A DNA stretch of 64,000 nt from contig CAZDZG010000001.1 in assembly GCA_964509845.1 (NCBI GenBank), forward strand, positions 4,078 through 68,077, read 5' to 3'. Both the position numbers and the translations under genes were made by a program. Under the pieces are notes generated by a model. That model did not search any database, had not been told where the DNA came from, and worked only from the letters and a program-made list of their open reading frames with translations. The stretch is from Candidatus Hadarchaeota archaeon (lineage in GTDB: Archaea > Hadarchaeota > Hadarchaeia > Hadarchaeales > WYZ-LMO6). How positions within the stretch are numbered: the first letter of the stretch is position 1; the number at the start of each line of letters is the position of its first letter. Shown in pieces: positions 17,988 through 27,790 of this stretch.

Positions 17988-18908
17988 ATGGCCATCAACC
18001 CCACCAGGTTCATCTGGATGGACGGAAAATTGGTGCCTTGGGAGGAGGCCAAGGTTCACCTTCTCACCCACACCCTCCACTACGGTTATGGGGTCTTCGA
18101 GGGGATCAGGTGCTACCGGACCAAAAACGGGCCCGCCATCTTCAGGCTCAGGGATCATATGCTCAGGTTGCAGCGCTCGGCGGAGATAGTGGGCATGGAG
18201 CTGCCCTATTCCGTGGAGGAACTCATGGAGGCCGCAAAGCTGACGGTGAGGGAGAACGGGCTGGAGGAGTGCTACATAAGACCCATCGCCTACTGCGGCT
18301 ACGGAGTGATGGGCCTGAACCCCACCGGGGCCCCCGTCAGGGTGGCCGTGGCCGCCTGGGAGTGGGGAACCTATCTGGGGGAAAGGGGGCTGAGGGAGGG
18401 GGTGAGGGTAAAGATCTCCTCCTATCGCAGAATCCATCCCTCCATCCTTCCCCCGCAGGCTAAGCTCGTGGCGAACTATGCCAACTCCATCCTGGCCAAG
18501 CTTGAAGCGGTGAGGAGCGGTTACGATGAGGCCCTCATGCTCAACCTCTCGGGAAATGTCTCGGAGGGACCCGGGGAGAACCTGTTTATCGTGGAAGGGG
18601 GGGTTCTGATAACCCCTCCCGTTTCGGAGTGCGCCCTTCCAGGCATAACCAGGGATTCCGTCATGGAGATAGCCCGGAGGGAGGGCATGTCAGTCAGGGA
18701 GGAGCCCGTTCCCCTGGACAGGCTCTACCGGGCTGAGGAGGCCTTCTTCACCGGAACGGCCGCGGAGATAACTCCTATCAGGGAGGTGGACGGTCGCCCG
18801 ATAGGGGAGGGGAAGAGGGGAAGGATCACGGCCAGGCTGCAGGAGCTTTACTTCAGGGTGGTGAGGGGGGAGGAAAAGGGATACGAGCACTGGTTGGATC
18901 CCGTCTAG
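17988..18908 (+). CDS. ilvE: Branched-chain amino acid aminotransferase
   Basis: Class IV aminotransferase signature (GYGVFEGIRCY...EAFFTGTAAEITPI). Confidence 0.85.
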   Translation: MAINPTRFIWMDGKLVPWEEAKVHLLTHTLHYGYGVFEGIRCYRTKNGPAIFRLRDHMLRLQRSAEIVGMELPYSVEELMEAAKLTVRENGLEECYIRPIAYCGYGVMGLNPTGAPVRVAVAAWEWGTYLGERGLREGVRVKISSYRRIHPSILPPQAKLVANYANSILAKLEAVRSGYDEALMLNLSGNVSEGPGENLFIVEGGVLITPPVSECALPGITRDSVMEIARREGMSVREEPVPLDRLYRAEEAFFTGTAAEITPIREVDGRPIGEGKRGRITARLQELYFRVVRGEEKGYEHWLDPV

Positions 18909-19891
18909 CTAGGCCTGATCAGTACCTTCTCCAGCTGGCCCAGGAGGAACCTCTTGACCTCCCTCAGGCTGCCCTTCCCGGAGGAGCTGGCCGCCCCTGG
19001 GTGCCCTCCCCCGGAACCCCCGAAGGCCTTCCCCACCTCCTGCATCAGGGAGCCGAGGTGAAGGCCCGTGGCTTCGCAGAGCTCCTGGGTGGCCCTCCCC
19101 GAGATCCTGAACTCACCCTTCTCCTCTGAACCCACGAAACTCAGGTCCGCCCCCAGCTTCAGCAGCATGGAGGCGGCGTCGGCCTCGAAGGCCCCGAGCT
19201 CGGAGAAGACCACCACGTAGTCCCCCACCGTCCTTATCTCCATCCGCTGGGCGGCCTTGAGCATGGCGAGGCGCTTGGAACGGTCCTCGGGAACCCTGAG
19301 GGCGCTCAGGGCCTCCCTGTAGCTGGCCCCGCAGTCCAGCAGCTCGCAGACGGTTCTGAGGGTGGAGTCCTGGGCCAGCTTCAGCCCCGCCGTGTCCGTG
19401 AGGATGCCGGCCAGCAGGAGCTGGGCCTGATCGGGAGAGGGCCTTTCGCCCATCTCCTTCAGGAGGCGCAACACCATCTCGGCCGAGGAGGTGCACCCCT
19501 CCTCCACCCAGCAGGCCTCCACCTCCTTCTCCATCCCCTCCACCCGCAGGTGGTGATCCACCAGCAGCACCTCCTTCCCCCTGATCTTCTCCCCCATTTT
19601 CCCCAGCTGTTCGAAGCTGGAGGTGTCGATCATCACGACGAGGTCGGGCTCGAAGGAAGGGGAGGCCTCCACCCTCCTTCCGTGCCTCTCCAGGAGGAGC
19701 TGGGAGAGCTTGTTCATGCCCTCCGGCATCACCACCTCCGTCCTCGCCCCCAGCCTTTCCAGGACCTCCGAGAGCACCAGAGCACTTCCCACCCCGTCCG
19801 GATCCGCCTGCTGGTGGGAGAGGAGGAGGATGCGCTCCCTCCTCCTGGCACCCTCCAGGAGCCTCTCCGCAACCTTTCTCAGGGGAGTCAA
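18905..19891 (-). CDS. DHH/DHHA1 phosphoesterase (NrnA-like)
   Basis: DHH motif (VDHHL) and DHHA1 GGGH motif. Confidence 0.7.
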   Translation of the reverse strand: MTPLRKVAERLLEGARRRERILLLSHQQADPDGVGSALVLSEVLERLGARTEVVMPEGMNKLSQLLLERHGRRVEASPSFEPDLVVMIDTSSFEQLGKMGEKIRGKEVLLVDHHLRVEGMEKEVEACWVEEGCTSSAEMVLRLLKEMGERPSPDQAQLLLAGILTDTAGLKLAQDSTLRTVCELLDCGASYREALSALRVPEDRSKRLAMLKAAQRMEIRTVGDYVVVFSELGAFEADAASMLLKLGADLSFVGSEEKGEFRISGRATQELCEATGLHLGSLMQEVGKAFGGSGGGHPGAASSSGKGSLREVKRFLLGQLEKVLIRPS

Positions 19892-20244
19892 GCTTCGGGC
19901 TTCCTTCTCTTCAGGAGTTCCTCCAACTTTTGCTCCAGCTCCCTGAGCCTCTCCGTCACCCTCTCCTCCTGCCTCTCCAGCGTCTTTATCCTGATCTCCA
20001 GGGTTTCCCTCTCCTCCTCCAGTTCCTTCCGCAGCTCCTCCCTGTTGGCCCTGAGCAGCAGGGGGCCCACGGTGCGGTAGACGGCGGCCTCCTGCGGGGT
20101 TTTGTCCAGGGCCTCCAGGGCCTTCTGGGTCTCCAGCCTCAGAAGCTCCAGCTGCTTCCTCTGACTGGCCAGGGCCTGGGCATGCTGCTGCGCCTGCTGG
20201 TACTGGGCCACCATGTGCTTCAGCTGGGGGGGGAGCTCCTCCAT
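19888..20244 (-). CDS. pfdB: Prefoldin beta subunit
   Basis: Coiled-coil protein with the QYQQAQQ...VYRTVGPLLL prefoldin-beta pattern. Confidence 0.85.
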   Translation of the reverse strand: MEELPPQLKHMVAQYQQAQQHAQALASQRKQLELLRLETQKALEALDKTPQEAAVYRTVGPLLLRANREELRKELEEERETLEIRIKTLERQEERVTERLRELEQKLEELLKRRKPEA

Positions 20245-20245
20245 C

Positions 20246-20497
20246 CTATCCCTCCTTCAGCTCCATCATGTCCCGCACCACCGCCACCAGCCTGAGGAAG
20301 GAGTTCAGGGCCGCCCTCAGGGAAGGGGTGTCCCTGGCCCTGATCCTCAGAAGGAGCCTCCTGCCCCTCACCGACAGCTTAACCATGCTCCTTCCTCCGG
20401 GCTGATCCTCCTCGGGTTTGAGGGCCTCCACGGCCTTCCTGGCCAGTTCCTCGCTAGGGAAGGAGAATTCCACCTCCGCTTCGGAACGGAAGGTCAT
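20246..20497 (-). CDS. pcc1: KEOPS complex subunit Pcc1-like (COG2892)
   Basis: 83-aa protein sitting in the conserved position between rpoP and prefoldin beta; LRAALNSFLRLV C-terminal pattern. Confidence 0.55.
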   Translation of the reverse strand: MTFRSEAEVEFSFPSEELARKAVEALKPEEDQPGGRSMVKLSVRGRRLLLRIRARDTPSLRAALNSFLRLVAVVRDMMELKEG

Positions 20498-20507
20498 GCC
20501 CCTCCCC

Positions 20508-20642
20508 CTAAATGGCTTTTATCCTCTTCACCACGGGCTGTCTCACCTTATAGAAGATTCTGAACCCGCAGTGGGGACACACCACCCTCTCCAGCTTCTG
20601 GAGATCCTTTATTACCTCCCCGCACTGGTAGCACTTGTACAT
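20508..20642 (-). CDS. rpoP: DNA-directed RNA polymerase subunit P (Rpb12 homologue), 44 aa, not in the ORF track
   Basis: Manual translation MYKCYQCGEVIKDLQKLERVVCPHCGFRIFYKVRQPVVKRIKAI, a zinc ribbon with CxxC...CxxC. Confidence 0.8.
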   Translation of the reverse strand: MYKCYQCGEVIKDLQKLERVVCPHCGFRIFYKVRQPVVKRIKAI

Positions 20643-20643
20643 G

Positions 20644-20877
20644 TTATCCCTCCCTCACCACGGAGGGCGGCCGATAGGCCTGGCCCGCAAACTTGCTGCC
20701 GCACTTGAAGCACCTCCAGATCCCCGTGTCCGTCCTCTTCATGGCCTTGAAGCCGCAGGAGGGGCACTTCTTCCTGCCCACCTTCCCCGCCTCGATCTCG
20801 GCCGCCAACCTGCGCACTCTGAGTCCATACCTGGGGCCGTACTTGCCCGCTATCCCAACCTTTTTGGTCCTGCCCAT
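20644..20877 (-). CDS. rpl37ae: Ribosomal protein L37ae (eL43)
   Basis: CPSCG...CFKCG zinc ribbon with a basic N-terminus. Confidence 0.9.
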   Translation of the reverse strand: MGRTKKVGIAGKYGPRYGLRVRRLAAEIEAGKVGRKKCPSCGFKAMKRTDTGIWRCFKCGSKFAGQAYRPPSVVREG

Positions 20878-20881
20878 GCTT

Positions 20882-21643
20882 TCACAGTTTCTTCCTCAGT
20901 TCCTCCCCGCACCTGAGGGCCAGCTCATATGCCCTCTCCACCTCATCCCTGCTGAAGAAGCCGCTCCCCCCCTTCTGGATGGCGCAGATGTTTCCGTTTT
21001 CGGTGGTGGAGATGGTGAGGCGGGCTTCCGCCACGTTTTCCTCCTCCAGCTTGGCATCCACCATCAGCACCCCGTTCAGCTTTACCACCGTGACGGCCAC
21101 GGGCTTGGCCCTCAGGGGGAAGCCGGGAAGGGTCCAGTCCGGTACGGCCGGAGGCTTCACATCGTAGAGAGCGGCCACGCTGGCCAGCACGGAGGCATCT
21201 ATGAGGTTTCCGTCGTGGTCCAGAACGTAGATGTCAACGAAGACGGCCCATACCTCCTCCCCCTCCTTGAGGCAGAGTTTTTCTAGGTCTATCATCTCGG
21301 ATTCCCTGATGACCCTGTCCACCACCCTCGCCAGCTCGATGGCATCCTCGTTGGGGGGCCCGGGCTCGAAGGTGGGGGAGGCCAGCGGGAGCAACTCGGC
21401 GTTAACCACCAGGATGCCGGAGCGGGGGGAGTCCTTGAAGGGCTCACCCTTCTCCAGCTTTACCCCCACCATCACCTGCGTGTTTCCCAGCTTCACCAGC
21501 GCGGAGCCCTGGGCGGTCCCTATCACCCCCCTTTCTATGGTGATTTCCCTGTACTGGTCCAGCGCCCTGTCGTCTATCCTCTTCCCCCTCACGGCCAGGT
21601 CCAGGATGTAGTCCCTCTTGACGGTGGAGATGAGCTCCTTCAT
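20882..21643 (-). CDS. rrp42: Exosome complex component Rrp42 (inactive RNase PH-like)
   Basis: Position in the superoperon plus RNase PH fold motifs. Confidence 0.85.
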   Translation of the reverse strand: MKELISTVKRDYILDLAVRGKRIDDRALDQYREITIERGVIGTAQGSALVKLGNTQVMVGVKLEKGEPFKDSPRSGILVVNAELLPLASPTFEPGPPNEDAIELARVVDRVIRESEMIDLEKLCLKEGEEVWAVFVDIYVLDHDGNLIDASVLASVAALYDVKPPAVPDWTLPGFPLRAKPVAVTVVKLNGVLMVDAKLEEENVAEARLTISTTENGNICAIQKGGSGFFSRDEVERAYELALRCGEELRKKL

Positions 21644-22374
21644 CTTTCCTCCTCCAGCGAGGGGAGGTACTTCTCCCTCAGGGCCTCCTTCTGGGCCTCG
21701 TAAAGGAGCTCCACCCCCTTGAAGGCCAGATCGAAAGCCTGCCTGAACTCCTCGGGGGTGAAGTTGCCGTCCATCTGCAGGAGGGTGATGAGCTTTTTCC
21801 TGGGCATCACGGCTATGGGCATGTCCGCCTCACCCCACTGGTCCTCCTCCTTCATGAGATCCAGCACCACCGTCCCATCCACCTTTCCCGCCGAGATGCC
21901 GGTGACCAGGTCCCTCATGGGGATGCCAGCATCGGCCAGGGCCACCGAGGCGGCCGTGATCCCGGCCGTTCTGGTTCCGGCATCCGCCTGCAGGACCTCG
22001 ATGAAGACGTCTATCACGGCCCTGGGATAGAGGTGGAGGAAGAGGACGGGTTCAAGGGCCTCCCTTATCACCTTGGAGATCTCCATGGACCTGCGGTCGG
22101 GTCCGGGCCTCTTCCTTTCCTCCACGGAGAAGGGTGCCATGTTGTACCTGCAGCGCAGAACGGCCACGTCCGATTGCTGCAGGTGCCTGGGATGCATCTC
22201 CTTGGGACCGTAGACGGCCACCAAGATCTTGTTCTTTCCCAGTTCCATGTAGGCGGACCCGTCCGCCCTCTTCAGCACGCCGGCCTTGATGCGGAAGGGT
22301 CTCAGCTCGTCGGGCCTTCTTCCGTCCAGCCTTCTTCCGTCCACGATGAGCTTGGGCCTCTCCATGGACCTCAC
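21640..22374 (-). CDS. rrp41: Exosome complex exonuclease Rrp41 (RNase PH)
   Basis: RNase PH signature (RxDGRxxxExR, GTRTAGI). Confidence 0.9.
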   Translation of the reverse strand: MRSMERPKLIVDGRRLDGRRPDELRPFRIKAGVLKRADGSAYMELGKNKILVAVYGPKEMHPRHLQQSDVAVLRCRYNMAPFSVEERKRPGPDRRSMEISKVIREALEPVLFLHLYPRAVIDVFIEVLQADAGTRTAGITAASVALADAGIPMRDLVTGISAGKVDGTVVLDLMKEEDQWGEADMPIAVMPRKKLITLLQMDGNFTPEEFRQAFDLAFKGVELLYEAQKEALREKYLPSLEEER

Positions 22375-23048
22375 CTCAACTTCTCCAGCTTGGCTTTTAT
22401 CCTATCGGTCAATCCAGATAGGTGGGCCTCCTTCTCTATTAATAGGATGGCCTCCACCACCGCGTTGACCTTGTCCGGGTCCCTCCCCTTCACCAGAATC
22501 CTTCCGTTGATTCCCACCTCCAGCCTGCATCCGGTGGTTTCTTGAAGGACCCTCAGCATGGATCCCCTCCTTCCTATCACCCGCGGCACCTTGGCTGGGC
22601 TTATCTCCACCAGCCTCCCTTCCTTGATCCTTCCCCGCTGGAGGGGTGAGAGAAAAACCCTCCATCGGTCATCCACCTCCCTCACCTCGGCCAGCACGGC
22701 ATCCCCCATCCGCAGGAGCTTGCTGAGGTCCTCCTTGAAGATGTCTATTCTCCTCCCTACCAGCTCGGAGGCCAGCAGGTTTCCCGTATAGGGGGAGTTC
22801 AGGTCGAGGATCCATCCGTAGGGATGGGTATCCACCACGATTCCTATCACCTTATCCCCCCTCCTGGGAATGTACCTCCCCTGTAGGCTGATCACGCTCA
22901 CGCTTCTCTCCCTTATTTCCGTCAGCCCCACCACGGAGGAGAAGATCTTTCCGTCCTCCACGAAGGCCCCCTCCCCGGCCACGTAGTTCCCCTCCGCAAG
23001 CAGCTTGCCAGGCACCACCAGCTCCCGGTTGCTGACGAAAAGCATCAC
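22371..23048 (-). CDS. rrp4: Exosome RNA-binding subunit Rrp4 (S1 plus KH domains)
   Basis: S1 and KH domain architecture; its start overlaps the Rrp41 start region. Confidence 0.85.
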   Translation of the reverse strand: MMLFVSNRELVVPGKLLAEGNYVAGEGAFVEDGKIFSSVVGLTEIRERSVSVISLQGRYIPRRGDKVIGIVVDTHPYGWILDLNSPYTGNLLASELVGRRIDIFKEDLSKLLRMGDAVLAEVREVDDRWRVFLSPLQRGRIKEGRLVEISPAKVPRVIGRRGSMLRVLQETTGCRLEVGINGRILVKGRDPDKVNAVVEAILLIEKEAHLSGLTDRIKAKLEKLR

Positions 23049-23737
23049 AACACCTTGATCTGGGCCTCTCCCCTCGTCAGCTCGTTGATTTTGTCAAAGA
23101 ACTCCGGCTGAAGACCGGCCGGGATTTCCACCAGCATGGCGAGGGAACCATCCTGGAGCCACTCCTCCTTCTTCACCTCCGCCATGCTTTTGATCACGTG
23201 CATGGACCTTCCGGCATAGGAGGGGGGGATCTTCAGGGCTATCCTCCTCGTTTCGAACTTCAGGGGAAGGATGGACTGGAGGGCCTTCAGGACGAGGGGG
23301 AGCTGCTCCTCCGCCGTCTTGAACTCGTCTATTCCCACCTTGGCCCTCCTCAGGGCCTCCTCCACCCTTGCCGGGGGGTGGGGAAGGCCTGTCTGGGGAT
23401 TGATGGCCCTCCTGGAGATGAGGGCGACGAGCTGCTTCAGCCTCTCCTCCCTCATCCTCTTCCTCTGTTCGGTGGTCAGCTGGATCCTCCCCTTCCTTAG
23501 GATCTGCTCCACCACCTTCTCCAGCTCGTCGGTCCCGAAAACCTTCACCAGGGAATCCCTGGAGGCCACTTCCCCCTTTCCGGCGTCCTTGAAGACCTTC
23601 TCCACGGCGAGAAGGTCCCTCATCTCCACCCTCTTTCCCTCTCTGAAGGCCATGGCCAGCTCTGGATCCACCAGGATCTCAAAATCCATGCCTTGGGAGG
23701 AGAATCTCGCTATGACGGCATCCTCCAGCTTTACCAT
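23045..23737 (-). CDS. Ribosome maturation protein SBDS homologue
   Basis: SBDS N-terminal FYSH domain pattern; 230 aa. Confidence 0.85.
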   Translation of the reverse strand: MVKLEDAVIARFSSQGMDFEILVDPELAMAFREGKRVEMRDLLAVEKVFKDAGKGEVASRDSLVKVFGTDELEKVVEQILRKGRIQLTTEQRKRMREERLKQLVALISRRAINPQTGLPHPPARVEEALRRAKVGIDEFKTAEEQLPLVLKALQSILPLKFETRRIALKIPPSYAGRSMHVIKSMAEVKKEEWLQDGSLAMLVEIPAGLQPEFFDKINELTRGEAQIKVL

Positions 23738-23744
23738 TTTCTCC

Positions 23745-24476
23745 CTACTTCAGCTTGGAGAGGTGGCTGGCTATTTCTTCCGCGGTAAGCTTCTGGAACC
23801 TCCTGGTCTTCACGGGAACCACCGCCACCTCCAGCTTGTTTGGCTCCAGCTCCCCCTCTATCACCAGCTTCAGGGCCCTGAAGGCCAGGAGGATGGCTTC
23901 CTCCAGGCTCATCTTTTCGGAGTACTCCTTCTCCAGGAACTCCACAACCACAGGGGCCCCTCCCCCTATGGCCTGGGCCTTGTAGGCCGCCACCACCCCG
24001 CTCGGATCGGTTTCGAAAAGCTGGGGGCCATTCCTGTCCACTCCACCCACCAGCAGCCTCACGCCGAAGGGCCTGACTCCCCCATGCTGGGTATAGAGCT
24101 GTTTCAGGTCCCCGATGTGTCTGGCTATGGATTGCACGCTGGCGGGCTCGTCATACCTGAGGCGGTTGATCTGGGCCTCTATCCTGGCATTCTCGATCAG
24201 GATCCTGGCATCGGCTATCAGGCCGGAGGCCGCCGCCCCTATGTGCTCGTCTATCTGGAAGATCTTCTCGATGGAGTAATCCTCGGCCAGTCTGCTCCTG
24301 AGCCTCTTCTCGGCGGAGAAGACCACGCCGTCCTTGGTCTTTATGCCCAGGGCCGTCAGACCTTTCTTTACGGCCTCCTGGGCGTACTGAACCTGAAACA
24401 ACTTTCCGTCTGGGCTGAAGACCGTAATGGCTCTATCGTATCCGGCGCCGGGTGGAGCAAAGACCATATGAACCAA
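23745..24476 (-). CDS. psmA: Proteasome alpha subunit
   Basis: YDRAITVFSPDG...QVQYA alpha-subunit signature. Confidence 0.9.
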   Translation of the reverse strand: MVHMVFAPPGAGYDRAITVFSPDGKLFQVQYAQEAVKKGLTALGIKTKDGVVFSAEKRLRSRLAEDYSIEKIFQIDEHIGAAASGLIADARILIENARIEAQINRLRYDEPASVQSIARHIGDLKQLYTQHGGVRPFGVRLLVGGVDRNGPQLFETDPSGVVAAYKAQAIGGGAPVVVEFLEKEYSEKMSLEEAILLAFRALKLVIEGELEPNKLEVAVVPVKTRRFQKLTAEEIASHLSKLK

Positions 24477-24522
24477 CTTATTGGGGGTAGGTTTATATTT
24501 AATCCCATCGGCCGTGAGACCC

Positions 24523-24816
24523 TCAGGGCCCCTTCAGAGATCCCATCTTCCTTTCCACCATCCGCTTGGCTCCCTTTATGGTCCCGGAGACCCCCACCAC
24601 CTTGAGTTTTCCCTCAAGCTCCAGCGGACCCAGCTTCCCTTTGAGCTCCCCCACCTGGAGGTGTCCGCACCGTAGGAGGACCAAGCGGGGGCTGAGGGGA
24701 ATCAGCTTCAGGCCGGATCCGGAGTGGTCTACTCCCGCCTCCCTGAGCAAGGCCTCGTGGTTTTCGCCTTCCCTCAGCTCCAAAATCAGATACCTCCTCC
24801 TTATTTTTTCCCTCAT
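24523..24816 (-). CDS. RNase P protein component Pop5/Rnp2-like
   Basis: 97-aa basic protein with an RRYLILEL N-terminus, in the conserved position next to psmA. Confidence 0.5.
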   Translation of the reverse strand: MREKIRRRYLILELREGENHEALLREAGVDHSGSGLKLIPLSPRLVLLRCGHLQVGELKGKLGPLELEGKLKVVGVSGTIKGAKRMVERKMGSLKGP

Positions 24817-25232
24817 TCCCCCTCCCCGCGGAAGAACTCGGCGATCTTCCTCTCCGGGGCCTTCGGCTTCAGGGTGAGGTGTATCACCTCATCCCCCCTC
24901 CCCAGCACCCATCTCCCCTTACAGGCCTCCTGCTTGTCCAACCTGAGGTACAGGTTTCCCCTCTTGTCCATGAACTCCTTCAGCCTGGAGGCCAGCTCTT
25001 CCCTCCCCTCCAGCCTGGGCAGGAGGTTGGAGAGGAAACCCTCTATCTCCCCGCTCTTCTTAAGCCTGGCCTCAGCCCAGACCAGGAGGTTTCCGTAGTG
25101 TCCCTCCAGCTCCGTCCTCTTCACCTCCACCCCTGCCGGGAGGAGGGACTTCAGGAGCCCCAGCAGCCTCTCCTCATCCTCCGTGGCGTGTATGAACATC
25201 CTTATCCTGATCTCCCTGAAGGGGGCCTTCAC
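24813..25232 (-). CDS. Conserved archaeal protein of the exosome superoperon (COG1325-like), function unknown
   Basis: 139 aa, between Pop5 and L15e; N-terminal IRIRMFIHATEDEERLL beta-alpha pattern. The family assignment is tentative. Confidence 0.3.
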   Translation of the reverse strand: MKAPFREIRIRMFIHATEDEERLLGLLKSLLPAGVEVKRTELEGHYGNLLVWAEARLKKSGEIEGFLSNLLPRLEGREELASRLKEFMDKRGNLYLRLDKQEACKGRWVLGRGDEVIHLTLKPKAPERKIAEFFRGEGE

Positions 25233-25261
25233 GTTCTAAGTTGGGGAACCGGGGAAAAAGC

Positions 25262-25693
25262 TTAGGCTCGGAGCCCCCTGGCCTTCTTTCCCGCCGAGGT
25301 CAAGCCCCTGAACACCCTCCCCTTGGCCTTTATCTGGGAAAGCTGGGGATCGCTCTTGATCACCGGGTGATGGGGATCGATCATTATCACCTCGTAGTAC
25401 TCGTACCTGCCGTCGGAGGCCACCCAGTAGGAGTTCAAGACCTCCAGGTTGGGATACTTCCTGGCGGCCCTCTCCTCCGCCATCCACTGGAGGCTCTTGC
25501 CGGGGGTAAACTTCAGGACCCCCATCCTCTTGGGCTTCCTCCCCCTGGAGGGTCTCGGCTTCCTCCTCCCCCCCTTCCTGACCCTCACCCTCACCACCAC
25601 CACCCCCTGCTTGGCCTTGTAACCCAGTCTCCTGGCCCTCGCCAGCTTGGTGGGCTTGGGAATCCTCACCACCGAGGGCTCCTCGGCCTTCAT
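25262..25693 (-). CDS. rpl15e: Ribosomal protein L15e (appears N-terminally short)
   Basis: [14 protein letters not shown]...LNSYWV...IMIDPHHP core conserved; there is no room for the usual first ~35 residues. Confidence 0.85.
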   Translation of the reverse strand: MKAEEPSVVRIPKPTKLARARRLGYKAKQGVVVVRVRVRKGGRRKPRPSRGRKPKRMGVLKFTPGKSLQWMAEERAARKYPNLEVLNSYWVASDGRYEYYEVIMIDPHHPVIKSDPQLSQIKAKGRVFRGLTSAGKKARGLRA

Positions 25694-26610
25694 CTTCCCC
25701 CCTCTTCCTGCAGCTCTTTTACCTTTTCCGCGAGGATGAGGGAAATGTTCCTCTGGGCCTCCACGGTGGAGGCGCCCAGATGGGGGGTGGGTATGACCCG
25801 ATCCATCAGCACGAGTTCCCAGTTTTCGGGAGGCTCTTTCTCGAAGACATCGAGACAGGCACCCCCTATCCTCCCCTCCTTGAGGGCTCTGAGGAGGGCC
25901 TTTTCGTCCACGATCTTCCCCCTGGAGGTGTTTATCAGAACCGCGGTGGGCTTCATCATGCTGAGTTCCCTCTCCCCTATCATCCTCTCGGTCTGTGGGG
26001 TGAGGGGAAGGTGAAGGGAGACGAAGTCAGACTCCCGAAGGAGGGTGGGAAGGTCCACGTACCTCACCCCCGCCCTTTCCATTTCCTCCCTCTTCACGAG
26101 ATCGTGGCCCAGGACCCTCATCCCCAGGGCCAAAGCCTTCAGGGCCACCTCCCCCCCTGTCCTTCCCACCCCCACCACGCCCAGGGTCTTCCCCTTCAGC
26201 TCCGTCCCCATGAACTTTTCCTTCTCCCACCTGCCGCTCTTGAGCTCCTGATAAGCCTGGGGTATCTTCCTGGCCCAGCAGATCATAAGCCCCAGCACCA
26301 GCTCCGCCACCGCCGTCTTGGAAGCCTCGGGAGCATAGACCACCTTTATTCCCCTCTCCTCCGCGGCCTTCACGTCTATGTTGTCTATGCCCACGCCCGC
26401 CCTGGCGATCATCTTCAGCCTCTTTCCAGCCTCGATCACCTTCCTGGTCACCTGGGTGGAGCTCCTGACGATCAGGACCTCGAAGTCCCCTATCTCCCTG
26501 CACAGCTCCTCCTCCGAGAGGTGGGGCTTCACCACCACTTCCCCCAGCCTCTCCAGCTCCCCGATAAACTCCGGGGAGACGGGATCGGTTATGAGGATCC
26601 TCAGGACCAT
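25690..26610 (-). CDS. D-isomer-specific 2-hydroxyacid dehydrogenase (phosphoglycerate-dehydrogenase-like short form, no ACT domain)
   Basis: [12 protein letters not shown]-binding motif and the catalytic His/Glu/Arg region. Confidence 0.75.
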   Translation of the reverse strand: MVLRILITDPVSPEFIGELERLGEVVVKPHLSEEELCREIGDFEVLIVRSSTQVTRKVIEAGKRLKMIARAGVGIDNIDVKAAEERGIKVVYAPEASKTAVAELVLGLMICWARKIPQAYQELKSGRWEKEKFMGTELKGKTLGVVGVGRTGGEVALKALALGMRVLGHDLVKREEMERAGVRYVDLPTLLRESDFVSLHLPLTPQTERMIGERELSMMKPTAVLINTSRGKIVDEKALLRALKEGRIGGACLDVFEKEPPENWELVLMDRVIPTPHLGASTVEAQRNISLILAEKVKELQEEGGR

Positions 26611-26611
26611 T

Positions 26612-27790
26612 TCAGAGGCCCCTCTCCCCGAAGATCTGGTAGGGAAGGGTGAACAACCTGACCATTCCCTCCGCTTCCCTCTGGTCCAGGCCTTTCTGCT
26701 TCACCGATCTCAGTTGCGGGAGGAAAAGGGAGGAGGGGGACTCCCTCTTCACGATCCTCATGCTCCCCTTGTACAGCTCCACCTCCACCGTACCGTTCAC
26801 GACCTTCTGGGTGGAGTCTATGAAGGCATCCAGGTCCTTTCTCAGGGGGTGCAGCCAGGAGGCGTGATAGACCAGGTCGGCCCAGAGCTTGTCTATCTCC
26901 CTCTTCACGCGCAGCTGCTCCTTGGTCAGGGTGAGGTGCTCCAGGTCGGCATGGGCGTAGAGGAGGATGGTGGCGGCGGGGGCCTCGTAGAGCTCCCTGG
27001 ATTTGAGCCCCAGCATGCCATCCTCCAGGATGTCGATAAGCCCCACCCCATTCCTTCCCCCCACCTCATTCAGGTAAAAGATCATCTCCACGGGGTCCTT
27101 TATTCCGTCCACTTCCACCGGTACTCCCTTCTCGAAGGTTATGCTGACCACGGTGGGCTTGTCCGGGGCCTTTTCTGGAGGAGTGATCCAGAGGTAGTCC
27201 TCCGGGAACTGGGAGACCAGGTCTTCCACCTGTCCGCTGCCTATGGAGTGCGACCACATGTTTATGTCCCCTCCCAGCTTTCCCTTGGGCCTCTTGGGCT
27301 CCACCCCCCTTTGCCTCAGCATCTCCTCCTCCTCCGCCCTGGTAAGGTTCAGCTCCCTCACCGGCGCGATGATCCTCACGTTGGGGAGGTAGTACCTGAA
27401 AACGGACTCCACCCTGAACTGGTCGTTCCCCTTCCCGGTGCACCCGTGGGCCACCGCTTCCGCCCCCTCCTCCTTGGCCACCTCCACCACCTTCGTGGCT
27501 ATCAGCACCCGGCTCATGGAGGTTCCCACCGGATATCCCTCGTAGCTCCCGTTGGCCTTGATGCAACGATGAATGTACTCGGTCACGAACTCCCTCTTGC
27601 CGTCTATGAACCTTACCTCGGCACCCAGCTTCTCCGCCCTCTCAAAACCCAGCTCTATTTCCTCCTTTCCCTGCCCCACATCCACCATGACGGGTATGAC
27701 CTCCTCGTATCCATACCTTTCCCTGAGGAGGGGGATCAGCAGGGTGGAATCCAGTCCTCCCGAGTATGCCAGAGCTACCTTACCGGGCAT
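26612..27790 (-). CDS. argG: Argininosuccinate synthase (copy 1)
   Basis: AYSGGLDS, AHGCTGKGNDQ and DxxEDxxLGxKSRExYE motifs. Confidence 0.9.
   Translation of the reverse strand: MPGKVALAYSGGLDSTLLIPLLRERYGYEEVIPVMVDVGQGKEEIELGFERAEKLGAEVRFIDGKREFVTEYIHRCIKANGSYEGYPVGTSMSRVLIATKVVEVAKEEGAEAVAHGCTGKGNDQFRVESVFRYYLPNVRIIAPVRELNLTRAEEEEMLRQRGVEPKRPKGKLGGDINMWSHSIGSGQVEDLVSQFPEDYLWITPPEKAPDKPTVVSITFEKGVPVEVDGIKDPVEMIFYLNEVGGRNGVGLIDILEDGMLGLKSRELYEAPAATILLYAHADLEHLTLTKEQLRVKREIDKLWADLVYHASWLHPLRKDLDAFIDSTQKVVNGTVEVELYKGSMRIVKRESPSSLFLPQLRSVKQKGLDQREAEGMVRLFTLPYQIFGERGL

Noticed and set aside
24813-25232. Calling this 139-aa protein RNase P subunit Rpp30
   Set aside because: It is too short for the TIM-barrel Rpp30 (~210-240 aa), and the sequence pattern does not resemble it. 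It is kept as an uncharacterised COG1325-like protein.
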